NCBI GenBank assembly: GCA_003220595.1
Contig: QHSZ01000086.1
Span: forward strand, 1-53,797
DNA length: 53,797 nucleotides
DNA from: Candidatus Rokuibacteriota bacterium
GTDB taxonomy: Bacteria; Methylomirabilota; Methylomirabilia; Rokubacteriales; CSP1-6
Direction of reading: 5' to 3'
Position numbers and translations under genes: made by a program. The notes below the pieces were generated by a model. It did not search any database, was not told where the DNA came from, and was given only the letters and a program-made list of their open reading frames with translations. Positions 38,759 through 48,594 of the stretch are shown one piece after another. Numbering within the stretch: the stretch's first letter is position 1; each line of letters begins with the position of its first letter.

Positions 38759-39915
38759 GCCTGCGCGTCCTGCACGTGATCACGCGCCTCACGCTCGGCG
38801 GCTCGTCGGAGAACACGCTGGCGTCGATCGTGGCGCTCCAGCGCGCGGGTCACGAGGTGGCGCTGGCGGTCTCGTTCCGTGAGTCCGACCCCTCGACGCT
38901 CGAGGCCGCGCGGCGGCGCGGCGTGCGGCTCGTCGACGTCCCGGCGCTCGGCCGCGCCGTGGCGCCGCTCCGTGACCTCGGCGCGCTCCTCCGGCTTCGC
39001 CGCATCATCGCCGCCGAGCGGCCGCACGTCGTCCACACGCACACGTCGAAGGCGGGCTTCGTCGGCCGGCTCGCGGCGCGGCTCATGCGGGTGCCCGCCG
39101 TCATCCACCAGCCCCACGGCCACGTCTTCTACGGCTACTGGGGGCGGTGCACGAGCGCGCTCTTCACGGCGCTGGAGCGGCGCGCCGCGCGCTGGAGCGA
39201 CCGGATCGTGACGCTGACGGACCGCGGCACCGAGGAGCACCTGGCGCGCGGCGTCGGGCGCCGGGCGCAGTACGTCAGCGTGCCGAGCGGCGTGCCGGTC
39301 GAGCGCCTGCGCGCGGCGGCGCCGTCGCGCGGGGCCGCGCGCGAGCAGCTCGGCCTTCCTCCGGCGGCGTTCATCGTCGCGGGGCTCGGCCGCTTCGTGC
39401 CGGTCAAGGGGTTCGACCTGCTCGTGGAGGCGCTGCCGGCTCTCTGCGCGGGCGTGCCCGCCGCGCACCTCGTGCTCGTCGGCGACGGCCCGGAGCGTCG
39501 GACGCTCGAGGCACGCGCCGCCGCGCTCGGCGTCGCCTCGCGGCTTCGGCTGAGCGGCGCGGTCGCAGATCCCACGCCGTGGCTCGCGGCTGCCGACGTC
39601 GTCGCCGCGCCCTCGCGCAACGAGGGGATGGGGCGCGCGATCGTGGAGGCGATGGCGCTCGGCCTCCCCGTCGTCGGCGCCGCGGTCGGCGGGATCCCCT
39701 CGGTCATCGTCGACGGCGAGAGCGGGCGCCTGGTCCCGCCCGAGGACGCGGTGGCGCTCGCGGAGGCACTCGTCGAGCTTGGCCGCGACGCGGGGCTCCG
39801 CGCGCGGCTCGGCGTGGAGGCCGTGGCCCGCGCGGAGGCGTTTTCGAGCGCGGTCGCCGACCGGAGGCTGTGTGAGGTGTACGCGGCGCTCGCCCGGGAG
39901 AAGCGGCTATCGTAG
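38755..39915 (+). CDS. glycosyltransferase family 4
   Basis: VLHVITRLTLGGSSENT, HTHTSKAG, PHGH, EGMGRAIVEAM. Confidence 0.9.
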   Translation: MSLRVLHVITRLTLGGSSENTLASIVALQRAGHEVALAVSFRESDPSTLEAARRRGVRLVDVPALGRAVAPLRDLGALLRLRRIIAAERPHVVHTHTSKAGFVGRLAARLMRVPAVIHQPHGHVFYGYWGRCTSALFTALERRAARWSDRIVTLTDRGTEEHLARGVGRRAQYVSVPSGVPVERLRAAAPSRGAAREQLGLPPAAFIVAGLGRFVPVKGFDLLVEALPALCAGVPAAHLVLVGDGPERRTLEARAAALGVASRLRLSGAVADPTPWLAAADVVAAPSRNEGMGRAIVEAMALGLPVVGAAVGGIPSVIVDGESGRLVPPEDAVALAEALVELGRDAGLRARLGVEAVARAEAFSSAVADRRLCEVYAALAREKRLS

Positions 39916-39959
39916 CGGGCACCGCGCGGCGTGGTCGGAAGGGTGCCTGGCGCCGCCGC

Positions 39960-41414
39960 GTGGCGCCGTTCGCCCTCCTGCTGCTCGGGGTCGCGCCCGC
40001 GGCCGCCGGCGGCGCCGAGTACGAGCGCCTGCCCGCGGTCCTCCACGTCCACTCCGACCTCACGACCGGCGATTTCCCGCTCGAGCAGCTCCAGACGATG
40101 GCGGAGAAGGCCGGCGTCGACGCGCTCCTGATGACCGAGAACTACCTGCTCCGCATCGAGTACGGGCTGCCGCCCTTCCGCGCGCTCACGCGGGTCGTGC
40201 GCGAGGAGCGCTCGGTCCTGGGCCTCGGGCTGGAGCACTACCTCCAGCGCGTCGCCGAGGCGCGCACCCGGAACCCGCGCGTCCTGCTCCTCCCGGGCGT
40301 CGAGGTGCTCCCGCACTACCACTGGACGGGCGCGCCGTGGCGGCTCGACATGGAGCTCCACGATACGCAGAAGAATCTCCTCGTCTTCGGCGTGACCGAC
40401 CCCGCGGCACTGCAGGCGCTCCCGGCCGCGAGCAACGCCGGCGCCGGCGCCTTCGACGCGGCGGCGGCGCTGGACCTCGTCCCCGTCCTCCTCGTCGTGC
40501 CCGGCGCGGTGCTCGTCGCGACGAAGCGTCGGGCCCTCGCGCGTGTCGGGCGCAGTGTCGTCGTCGTCCGCCGCCGGCGTCTCTTCCTGGGCGGGCTCCT
40601 GCTCGCCATCGGCGCGACGGCGTTCGTCCGCGCCTGGCCCTTCGTGACGGCGCCGTATCCGCCCTACCGCGAGCTCGGTTCCGGACCTCACCAGGCGCTC
40701 ATCGACTACGTGGAGCGGCTCGGGGGCGCCACCGTCTGGTCGTTCCCGGAGGCGCACGACAGCGGCGAACAGTGGGTCGGGCCCGTGCGGGTCTCCTGGC
40801 GGACGGACCCGTACACCGACGACCTCCAGCGGACCGCCCGCTACACGGCCTTCGGCGCGATCTACGAGGACACGACGCGCTTCGAGCTCCCGGGCGGCGG
40901 CTGGGACCGGCTCCTCTCGCAGTACACGGCGGGCGCGCGCAGCCGGCCCGCGTGGGCGGTGGGCGAGTCGGGCTTTCACGGATTGAGCGCGGGCAAGCGG
41001 GTGGGGCCGATCCAGACGGTGTTCCTCGTCGCCGAGCGGTCGGAGCGCGGCGTGCTCGAGGCCCTCCGGCAAGGCCGCATGTACGCGCTCCAGCGGTCCG
41101 CGGCCGCCGGGCTCGCGCTCGCCCAGTTCGCCGTGCGCGCGGGCGAGCGCGTCGCGATCTCGGGTGAGATGCTCGCCGCGCCCGCGGGGACCGCGCTCGA
41201 GGTCCACGTGGCCGTGGAGACGCTCGACGGCTCGGCGGGCGACGTGCGCGCGACGCTCGTCCGGAACGGCGCGGTCGTCGCGGTCTGGGCGGGGAGCACG
41301 CCCTTGCGCCAGGTCCATCGCGAGGTCTTCGACGGCGCGCCGGCCTTCTACCGCCTGGACGCGCGCGGGCCGGGCCGCCTCCTGTCCAACCCGATCTTCG
41401 TGAAGGCGCCGTGA
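39960..41414 (+). CDS. PHP-like metallohydrolase-domain membrane protein (start approximate)
   Basis: Signal peptide, LHVHSD, PGVEV, LEALRQGRMY, LSNPIF; two internal hydrophobic segments. Confidence 0.65.
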   Translation: MAPFALLLLGVAPAAAGGAEYERLPAVLHVHSDLTTGDFPLEQLQTMAEKAGVDALLMTENYLLRIEYGLPPFRALTRVVREERSVLGLGLEHYLQRVAEARTRNPRVLLLPGVEVLPHYHWTGAPWRLDMELHDTQKNLLVFGVTDPAALQALPAASNAGAGAFDAAAALDLVPVLLVVPGAVLVATKRRALARVGRSVVVVRRRRLFLGGLLLAIGATAFVRAWPFVTAPYPPYRELGSGPHQALIDYVERLGGATVWSFPEAHDSGEQWVGPVRVSWRTDPYTDDLQRTARYTAFGAIYEDTTRFELPGGGWDRLLSQYTAGARSRPAWAVGESGFHGLSAGKRVGPIQTVFLVAERSERGVLEALRQGRMYALQRSAAAGLALAQFAVRAGERVAISGEMLAAPAGTALEVHVAVETLDGSAGDVRATLVRNGAVVAVWAGSTPLRQVHREVFDGAPAFYRLDARGPGRLLSNPIFVKAP

Positions 41415-41445
41415 CGGGCGGGCCTCGCGCGGCCGAGGCTCGCCG

Positions 41446-42159
41446 GTGAAGGTCGCGATCCACCAGCCGCACTACCTCCCGTGGCTCGGCTACGTCGCCA
41501 AGTGGGCCGCCGCGGACTGCTTCATCTTCCTCGACACCGTGCAGTACGAGAAGAACGGCTGGCAGAACCGGAACCGGATCAAGACGAGCCAGGGCCCGCA
41601 GTGGCTGACCGTGCCCGTGCAGGCGCGCCTGGCGACGGCGATCCGCGACGTCGGCGTCGATGCCGCCCAGCCCTGGGCCGCCCGCCACCTGCGCGCGATC
41701 GAGCTCGGCTATGCGCGGGCGCCGCACTTCGCCCGCTACCGTGACGGCCTCGGCGCCTTCTACGCGCGCGCGTGGGACCGGCTGGCGCCGCTCGCGGCCG
41801 CGAGCGCCGAGTGGCTGGCGCGGGCGCTCGGGGTGACGACGCCGGTCACGCTCGCGTCGGCGCTCGACCTCGGCCCCGCACCGGTCGAGGACGCGACCGC
41901 TCGCCTCGTGGCCCTCTGCCGGGCCGTGGGCGCCGACACCTACCTCGCGGGGCGGGACGGCGCGCGCTACATGGATCTCGCCCAGTTCCGGACGGCCGGG
42001 ATCGCCGTGGAGGCCCAGGAGTACGCGCACCCCGTGTACGCCCAGCTCCACGGGGAATTCGTCACTGCTCTCTCGGCCCTTGACATATTATTGATGCACG
42101 GAGATGAGGCCCTCGCCATCCTGTGCCGCGGCAACGCGTGGGCGCGCCTCGCGCCCTGA
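41446..42159 (+). CDS. WbqC-like family protein
   Basis: AIHQPHYLPWLGY, WQNRNRI, WLTVPV, YAHPVYAQ, LSALDIL. Confidence 0.9.
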   Translation: MKVAIHQPHYLPWLGYVAKWAAADCFIFLDTVQYEKNGWQNRNRIKTSQGPQWLTVPVQARLATAIRDVGVDAAQPWAARHLRAIELGYARAPHFARYRDGLGAFYARAWDRLAPLAAASAEWLARALGVTTPVTLASALDLGPAPVEDATARLVALCRAVGADTYLAGRDGARYMDLAQFRTAGIAVEAQEYAHPVYAQLHGEFVTALSALDILLMHGDEALAILCRGNAWARLAP

Positions 42160-42169
42160 GTCCGCCTAA

Positions 42170-42784
42170 ATGAACATCCTCGCGCTCGGCGCCCACCCCG
42201 ACGACATCGAGTACGGCTGCGGTGGCATGCTCGCCAAGTACGCGCGCAAGGGGAACGGCGTCTACATGTTCATCGCGTCCGACGGCGCGCTCGGTGGCGA
42301 CGCGGAGGTGCGGCGCCGGGAGCAGAAGGATGCGGCCCGGACTCTCAGCGTCCGCGAGGTGTTCTGGGGCGAGTACCAGGACACCGAGGTGCCGCTCTCG
42401 CGCGAGCTGATCGTGCGCATCGAGGCGGTGATCCGGCAGATCGAGCCGCGGATGATCTTCGTGAACTCGCCCGAGGACACGCACCAAGACCACCGTCACC
42501 TGGCCCAGTGCGCCATGTCCGCGACGCGCTACGTCCCGAACTTCCTCTTCTTCGAGGTCCCGTCGACGGTCGAGTTCCGGCCGAACTGCTACACCGACAT
42601 CGCCGACGTGCTCGACATCAAGCTCGCGAGCCTCGAGGCCCACCGCTCGCAGGTGGCGAAGACGAACATCGAGGACCTCACCATTCTCGAGCTGGCGAAG
42701 TCGTCGGCTAACTTCCGCGGCATCCAGGCGCGGGTGAAGTACGCCGAGGCATTCCAGTCGGTCAGGCTGCTCCTCAACCTCTAG
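42170..42784 (+). CDS. PIG-L/LmbE family deacetylase
   Basis: GAHPDDIE, HQDH, HRSQ, AEAF. Confidence 0.9.
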   Translation: MNILALGAHPDDIEYGCGGMLAKYARKGNGVYMFIASDGALGGDAEVRRREQKDAARTLSVREVFWGEYQDTEVPLSRELIVRIEAVIRQIEPRMIFVNSPEDTHQDHRHLAQCAMSATRYVPNFLFFEVPSTVEFRPNCYTDIADVLDIKLASLEAHRSQVAKTNIEDLTILELAKSSANFRGIQARVKYAEAFQSVRLLLNL

Positions 42785-42794
42785 CCGGATCCCG

Positions 42795-43835
42795 GTGATC
42801 GCCCACTCGAGGCCCACGCTCAGCGAGGAGGACGTCGGGCGCGTGGCGCGTGTCGTCCGTTCGGGTCACCTCGCGCAGGGAGAGGAGGTCGCCGCCTTCG
42901 AGGGGGAGCTGGCGCCCCGGCTCGGCGTGCCGGCGGCCGCCGCGGTGAGCTCGGGCAGCGCCGCCCTCGAGCTGGCGCTGCGCGCCCTCGGCGCGGGCGC
43001 GGGCGATGAGGTCATCGTGCCCACCTACGCGTGCGACGCGCTCCACCACGCGGTGACCCGGTGCGGCGCGACCCCGGTGCTGGCCGACGCCGACCCCGAG
43101 ACGCTCGGCCTGTCGCCCAAGGACGCGGCGCGGCGCCGCACGCGACGCACCCGCGCGATCGTCGCCGTCCACCCTTTCGGGCTCGCGGTCGGCCTCGACG
43201 AGCTCCTCGCGCTCGGCGTCCCGCTCGTCGAGGACTGCGCCCAGGCGATCGGCGCGGTCGCCGACGGCCGGCCCGCGGGCTCCCGGGGCGCGCTCTCCGT
43301 GTGCTCGTTCTACGCGACCAAGCTTCTCACCACGGGCGAGGGCGGCGCCGTCGCCGGTCCCGCCGACCACGTCGCGCGGGTGCGCGACGCGCGCGACTAC
43401 GACGAGCGCGCGGACCTCGCCCCGCGCTTCAACTACAAGCTGACGGATATGCAGGCGGCCCTCGGCCGCGGCCAGCTCACCCGGCTCGACGCCTTCCTGG
43501 CCCGCCGACGCGAGATCGCCGCGCGCTACCGCGGCGCCCTCGCCGGGGTCGCCCGCTGCCGCGTGCCCGCCGACGCGGGCGCCCGCCACGTCTACCACCG
43601 GTTCGTCGTGCGCGTGGAGCGGCCGCTCGAGCGCGTCATCGAGGAGCTCGCCCGGCGCGGCGTGAGCGCGCGGCGCCCGGTCTTCCGCCCGATCCACCGG
43701 GCGCTCGGACTCGACGGTTACCGGGACGCCGAGCGGCTGTGGGAGACGTGCCTGTCGCTCCCGTGCTACCCGCTCCTGACCGACGCCGAGGCGGACGCGG
43801 TCGCGGCGGCGCTCGCGGCGGCGCTGGCGGCGTGA
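42795..43835 (+). CDS. DegT/DnrJ/EryC1/StrS family aminotransferase
   Basis: SSGSAAL, EDCAQA, SFYATKLLTTGEGG, NYKLTD. Confidence 0.92.
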   Translation: MIAHSRPTLSEEDVGRVARVVRSGHLAQGEEVAAFEGELAPRLGVPAAAAVSSGSAALELALRALGAGAGDEVIVPTYACDALHHAVTRCGATPVLADADPETLGLSPKDAARRRTRRTRAIVAVHPFGLAVGLDELLALGVPLVEDCAQAIGAVADGRPAGSRGALSVCSFYATKLLTTGEGGAVAGPADHVARVRDARDYDERADLAPRFNYKLTDMQAALGRGQLTRLDAFLARRREIAARYRGALAGVARCRVPADAGARHVYHRFVVRVERPLERVIEELARRGVSARRPVFRPIHRALGLDGYRDAERLWETCLSLPCYPLLTDAEADAVAAALAAALAA

Positions 43836-44953
43836 TCGATCGCTTCACGCTCCCCCGCCTCGTGCTCCCGGCGGTGCTCCTGCTGTCGCCGGTGCGCGAC
43901 GCGTTCGTGGCTGCGCGCCTGCTGTGGCTCTACCTCGCGCTGCTCGCGTGGGGCCTGGCGTTCTTCGTGACGCCGCTCGTGCGGGGTGTCGCCCACTGGC
44001 GGGGCGTGCTCGACCTGCCCGCGGAGCGCAAGGTGCACCGCGTCGCGACGCCGCTGCTCGGGGGCGTCGCGGTCTGGGCCGCGCTCGCGGCGACCGTGCT
44101 CGCCAACTTCGAGTTCTCGCGCGGCCTGAAGGGCGTCGCGGTCGGCGGGGCGATCGTCGTCGCCCTCGGTGTCCTCGACGACGTGTTCGACGTGCCCGCG
44201 CGACTCAAGCTCGCCGGCCAGGTGGCGGCGGCGGCGGCGGCGATCGGGTACGGCGTCGTCCTCGACGCGGTGCCGACCTGGGTCCCCGGCGTCGTCTGGC
44301 TGAACGTGCTCCTCACCACCCTCTGGTTCCTCACGGTGACGAACTCGATCCAGTTCCTCGACGGCATGGACGGGCTGGCCGCGGGCCTCGGCGTCATCGC
44401 CGGCATCTTCTTCAGCCTCGTGTCGCTCCAGACCGGACAGCGCTACCTCATGTTCCTCTCGGCGGCGCTCGTGGGGGCGTGCCTCGGGTTCCTTCCGTAC
44501 AACTTCCGGCCGGGCGGCGCCACGATCTTCCTCGGCGACAGCGGCGCCTCGTTCATCGGCTTCACGCTGGCGGGGCTCGCGGTGATGGGCGTGTGGGCCC
44601 AGAACAATCCCCTCGTGTCGCTGCTCACCCCCATGCTGATCCTGGGCGTGCCGCTCTTCGACATCGCCTTCGTCGGCGTCGGGCGCGTGGTCACCGGCAA
44701 GGTGCACTCCCTTGCCGAGTGGCTCGCCTACACGGGCAAGGACCACATCCACCACCGGTTCCAGGCCCTCGGCCTCACGAAGACCCAGAGCGTGCTGCTG
44801 ATCTTCTTCATCGCGGCGACGCTCGGCCTCTCGGCCATCCTCTTGAAGGACGCGGCTCCGCACGAGGTCGTGCTCGTGCTCGTCCAGGCGGCGTGCGTGC
44901 TGGCGATCGTCGCCATCCTCGAGGGGATCGGCCGCGTCCGCCCGCGGGACTGA
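43832..44953 (+). CDS. undecaprenyl-phosphate GlcNAc-1-phosphate transferase (WecA/TagO family)
   Basis: RKVH..ATPLLGG, GVLDD, FLDGMDGL, IFLGDSG, DHIHH. Confidence 0.9.
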   Translation: MIDRFTLPRLVLPAVLLLSPVRDAFVAARLLWLYLALLAWGLAFFVTPLVRGVAHWRGVLDLPAERKVHRVATPLLGGVAVWAALAATVLANFEFSRGLKGVAVGGAIVVALGVLDDVFDVPARLKLAGQVAAAAAAIGYGVVLDAVPTWVPGVVWLNVLLTTLWFLTVTNSIQFLDGMDGLAAGLGVIAGIFFSLVSLQTGQRYLMFLSAALVGACLGFLPYNFRPGGATIFLGDSGASFIGFTLAGLAVMGVWAQNNPLVSLLTPMLILGVPLFDIAFVGVGRVVTGKVHSLAEWLAYTGKDHIHHRFQALGLTKTQSVLLIFFIAATLGLSAILLKDAAPHEVVLVLVQAACVLAIVAILEGIGRVRPRD

Positions 44954-44978
44954 GCGCCCGCGTATGTATAATGTGCCG

Positions 44979-45845
44979 ATGAATGTCCGCAAGGGCGTGT
45001 TCCCGGCGGCGGGGCTCGGCACGCGCTTCCTGCCCGCGACGAAGGCGCAGCCCAAGGAGATGCTCCCGCTCGTCGACAAGCCGATGATCCAGTACGTCGT
45101 CGAGGAGGCGGTGGCCTCGGGGCTGAATGAGATCATCATCGTCACCGGCCGCGGCAAGCGCGCGATCGAGGACCACTTCGACGCTTCGTTCGAGCTCGAG
45201 TACTACCTGAACGACCGCGGTAAGACCGAGGAGCTCGCCCAGATCAAGACGATCTCCGAGCTGGCCTCGGTCTCCTACGTCCGGCAGAAGGAGCCCCTCG
45301 GCCTCGGCCACGCGATCCTCTGCGCCCGCGCGCTCGTGGGCGAGGAGCCCTTCGCCGTGTTCCTCGGCGACGACATCATCGGGGCGGCGCCGACCCCGTG
45401 CATGCGTCAGCTCCTCGACGCCTTCGAGCGTTTCGGCGGGCCCGTGCTGGCCGTCGAGCGCGTGCCGCGGGCGCGCCTCGGCCAGTACGGCGTGATCGCG
45501 CCGCGTCCGATCGGCGGCAACGTCTACGAGATCCTCGACCTCGTCGAGAAGCCGCGGCCATCGGAGGCGCCCTCGGACCTCGCGATCATCGGCCGCTACG
45601 TGCTGACGCCCGAGCTGTTCTCGATCCTGGCCGAGACGGCGGCGGGCAAGAACGGCGAGATCCAGCTGACCGACGCGCTCCGGACCCTGCGCGCGCGGCG
45701 CCCCATGTACGCCGTCGAGTTCGAGGGGCGGCGCTACGATACCGGCGACAAGCTGGGCTTCCTCAAGGCGACGGTCGAGTTCGCGCTGGCGCGCCCCGAC
45801 CTCGCCGACGAGTTCCGGACCTACCTCAAGGCGCTCAAGCTCTAG
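44979..45845 (+). CDS. galU: UTP--glucose-1-phosphate uridylyltransferase
   Basis: PAAGLGTRFLPATKAQPKEMLP, QKEPLGLGHA, VEKP, EIQLTDA. Confidence 0.95.
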   Translation: MNVRKGVFPAAGLGTRFLPATKAQPKEMLPLVDKPMIQYVVEEAVASGLNEIIIVTGRGKRAIEDHFDASFELEYYLNDRGKTEELAQIKTISELASVSYVRQKEPLGLGHAILCARALVGEEPFAVFLGDDIIGAAPTPCMRQLLDAFERFGGPVLAVERVPRARLGQYGVIAPRPIGGNVYEILDLVEKPRPSEAPSDLAIIGRYVLTPELFSILAETAAGKNGEIQLTDALRTLRARRPMYAVEFEGRRYDTGDKLGFLKATVEFALARPDLADEFRTYLKALKL

Positions 45846-45934
45846 CCTCTCGCGCGCGGCGCGTGGTTTGACTTGCCCCCGGGGTTCTGACACACTTTTC
45901 GGAACCTTCCGAGTACGGGAAGGCCGCACATATA

Positions 45935-47146
45935 ATGGCGAAGACCCCGAAGCGCCCGTTCCATACAGCCTCCGACGCCGAGATCAAGAGCGGCGAGGTC
46001 TCGGACGTCTACTTCGCCCGCACGGTCCAGATCCTGACCCACCGCAAGGACACGAAGCGCGTCAAGGCCGAGGTTTACCTCAAGTCCCTGCCCGAGGACT
46101 GGCGCTGGGGCGTCCTCGCCGGCGTCGAGGAGGCCGCGAGCCTGCTCGAGGGCCTGCGCGTGGACGTGCTGGCGATGGACGAGGGGACGCTCTTCGAGCC
46201 GTACCAGCCCGTGCTCCGCATCGAGGGGACCTACGTCGAGTGGGCGCAATACGAGACCGCGCTCCTCGGTCTCCTCTGCCAGGCCTCCGGCATCGCGACC
46301 AAGGCGGCGCGGTGTAAGAAGGCCGCGGGCGAGCGTCAGGTGATCTCGTTCGGCGCGCGCCGGATGCATCCGTCGCTCGCGCCCATGATCGAGCGCAACG
46401 CGTTCATCGGCGGCTGCGACGGCGTCGCCGTCACCAAGTCCGCCGAGCTGATCGACGCCGACCCGACGGGCACGATTCCGCACTCGCTCGTGCTCATGGT
46501 CGGGGACACGGTCGAGGCCCTGCGCGCGTTCCACGACGTCGTGGACACGAAGGTGCGCCGCGTGGCGCTCATCGACACGCTCCAGGACGAGAAGTTCGAG
46601 GCGATCCGCGTGGCCGAGGCGCTCGGCAAGGACCTCTACGCGGTCCGGCTCGACACGCCCTCGTCACGGCGGGGTGACTTCTACCGGATCATCGAGGAGG
46701 TCCGTTGGGAGCTCGACCTCCGCGGCTTCGGTCACGTGAAGATCCTGGCGTCGGGCGGGATCGACGAGTACGAGATCCTCAACCTGAACCCGGTCGTCGA
46801 CGGCTACGGCGTCGGCACCTCGATCGCCAACGCGCCGGTGCTGAACTTCGCGCTCGACATCATGGAGATCGAGGGGCGGCCCGTGGCCAAGCGCGGCAAG
46901 TGGTCGGGCGCGAAGGCGGTCTACCGCCGCCGCGGCACGAGCGAGACGCTCGTGCTGCCCGAAGGCAAGAAGCCCCCCGGGCGCGACGGGGCGACGTGGG
47001 AGCCCCTCCTCAAGCCGCTCGTCGCCGCGGGGCGCATCGCCCGCGACCTCCCGCCGCCGCGCACCCTGCGCGACTTCGTGCTGGACCAGCTCACGCGCGT
47101 GCCGCTCGACACGCTCCGACGCCAGGCACTCCGCCGCGACTTCTGA
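45935..47146 (+). CDS. pncB: nicotinate phosphoribosyltransferase
   Basis: DVYF, YETALLG, SFGARR, GTIPHS, VRLDT, ASGG, GVGT. Confidence 0.88.
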   Translation: MAKTPKRPFHTASDAEIKSGEVSDVYFARTVQILTHRKDTKRVKAEVYLKSLPEDWRWGVLAGVEEAASLLEGLRVDVLAMDEGTLFEPYQPVLRIEGTYVEWAQYETALLGLLCQASGIATKAARCKKAAGERQVISFGARRMHPSLAPMIERNAFIGGCDGVAVTKSAELIDADPTGTIPHSLVLMVGDTVEALRAFHDVVDTKVRRVALIDTLQDEKFEAIRVAEALGKDLYAVRLDTPSSRRGDFYRIIEEVRWELDLRGFGHVKILASGGIDEYEILNLNPVVDGYGVGTSIANAPVLNFALDIMEIEGRPVAKRGKWSGAKAVYRRRGTSETLVLPEGKKPPGRDGATWEPLLKPLVAAGRIARDLPPPRTLRDFVLDQLTRVPLDTLRRQALRRDF

Positions 47147-47168
47147 GCGCGGGTGTGCGTCTCACGCC

Positions 47169-47954
47169 ATGAGCATCCTCGACGACATCGTCCGCGACAA
47201 GCGCCAGGAAATCGCGCGCCGCCGGGCCGCGACCCCGCGCGCCGAGCTCGAGCGCCGGGTCGCGCAGGCCGGGCCCGCCCGCGATTTCGAGGGCGCGCTC
47301 GCAGGAAGGCCCGGGCGCGCGCGCCTGATCGCCGAGGTGAAGAAGGCGTCACCCTCCCGCGGCGTCCTCGCGGGCGACCTCGACCCGCTCGCCCTCGCGC
47401 GGAGCTACGCCGCGGCGGGCGCCCACGCGATCTCGGTCCTCACCGACGAGAAGTACTTCCAGGGGAGCCTCGACCTCCTCGCGCCGATCCGCGCGGCCGT
47501 GCCTCTGCCCCTCCTCCGCAAGGATTTCACGCTCGACGAGTACCAGCTCTGGGAGTCGCGCGCGGCCGGCGCCGACGCGGTGCTGCTGATCGTCGCGATC
47601 CTGGCGCCCGCGGGTCTGCGCGACCTCGTCGCCGCGGCGAAGGGCCTCGGCCTCGCGGCGCTGATCGAGTGCCACACCGCGGGCGAGCTCGACGCGGCGC
47701 TCGGCGCGGGCGCCCGGATCGTCGGCCTCAACAACCGCGACCTCCGCACCTTCGAGACGCGCATCGAGACGACGCTCGAGCTCCTGCCGTTGATCCCGCC
47801 GGGGCCGATCGTCGTCAGCGAGAGCGGGTTCTTCACCGGCGACCAGGTCCGGCGGGTGGTGGACGCGGGCGCCCACGCCGTGCTCGTCGGCGAGGGGCTC
47901 GTCCGCGCCGTCGACGTCGGGGCGAAGCTCCGGGAGCTCACGCTCGATGGTTAG
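47169..47954 (+). CDS. trpC: indole-3-glycerol phosphate synthase
   Basis: IAEVKKASPSRG, SVLTD, LRKDF, NNRDL, SESG. Confidence 0.95.
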   Translation: MSILDDIVRDKRQEIARRRAATPRAELERRVAQAGPARDFEGALAGRPGRARLIAEVKKASPSRGVLAGDLDPLALARSYAAAGAHAISVLTDEKYFQGSLDLLAPIRAAVPLPLLRKDFTLDEYQLWESRAAGADAVLLIVAILAPAGLRDLVAAAKGLGLAALIECHTAGELDAALGAGARIVGLNNRDLRTFETRIETTLELLPLIPPGPIVVSESGFFTGDQVRRVVDAGAHAVLVGEGLVRAVDVGAKLRELTLDG

Positions 47955-48594
47955 GGTCAAGGTCTGCGGGATCACGAACCTCGAGGACGCGAGGGTCGCG
48001 GTCGAGGCGGGCGCCGACGCCCTCGGCTTCATCTTCGTCGAGGGGACGCCGCGGTTCGTCACGCCCGAGCAGGCGGCGCCGATCATCCGCGCCCTGCCGC
48101 CGTTCGTCACGTCCGTCGGCGTCTTCTGGGATCACCCGGCGGGGCACGTGAAGGCCGTCGCCGAGGCGTGCGGGCTCCGCGCGCTGCAGTTCCACGGCGA
48201 CGAGCGGCCGGAGGACCTCGAGGGCTACGCGCTGCCGGTGATCAAGACCCTCAAGCTCGCGCCCTCGGACGCGCTCGGGGGTCGCCCACCGTGGACGCCG
48301 CTCATCGCCGAACGCTACCGGAAGTGCGCGGCGGCCCTCCTGCTCGACAGCGCCGCGCGCTGGAGCGAGGGTGAGCCGCGCCAGCCCATCGAGTGGACGG
48401 CGGCGCGCGACCTGACCGGCCACCGCTGGCGGGTCGTCCTGTCGGCCGGGCTGACGCCGGAAAACGTGGGGCGGGCGGTTGCGACGGCACGGCCGTACGC
48501 CGTGGACGTGAACTCCGGCGTGGAGACGCAGCCGGGACGCAAGGACCCGGACAAGGTCTGGCGCTTCGTCGCCGAAGCCAAGGGCGTGCGATGA
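47947..48594 (+). CDS. trpF: phosphoribosylanthranilate isomerase
   Basis: [36 protein letters not shown]. Confidence 0.92.
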   Translation: MVRVKVCGITNLEDARVAVEAGADALGFIFVEGTPRFVTPEQAAPIIRALPPFVTSVGVFWDHPAGHVKAVAEACGLRALQFHGDERPEDLEGYALPVIKTLKLAPSDALGGRPPWTPLIAERYRKCAAALLLDSAARWSEGEPRQPIEWTAARDLTGHRWRVVLSAGLTPENVGRAVATARPYAVDVNSGVETQPGRKDPDKVWRFVAEAKGVR

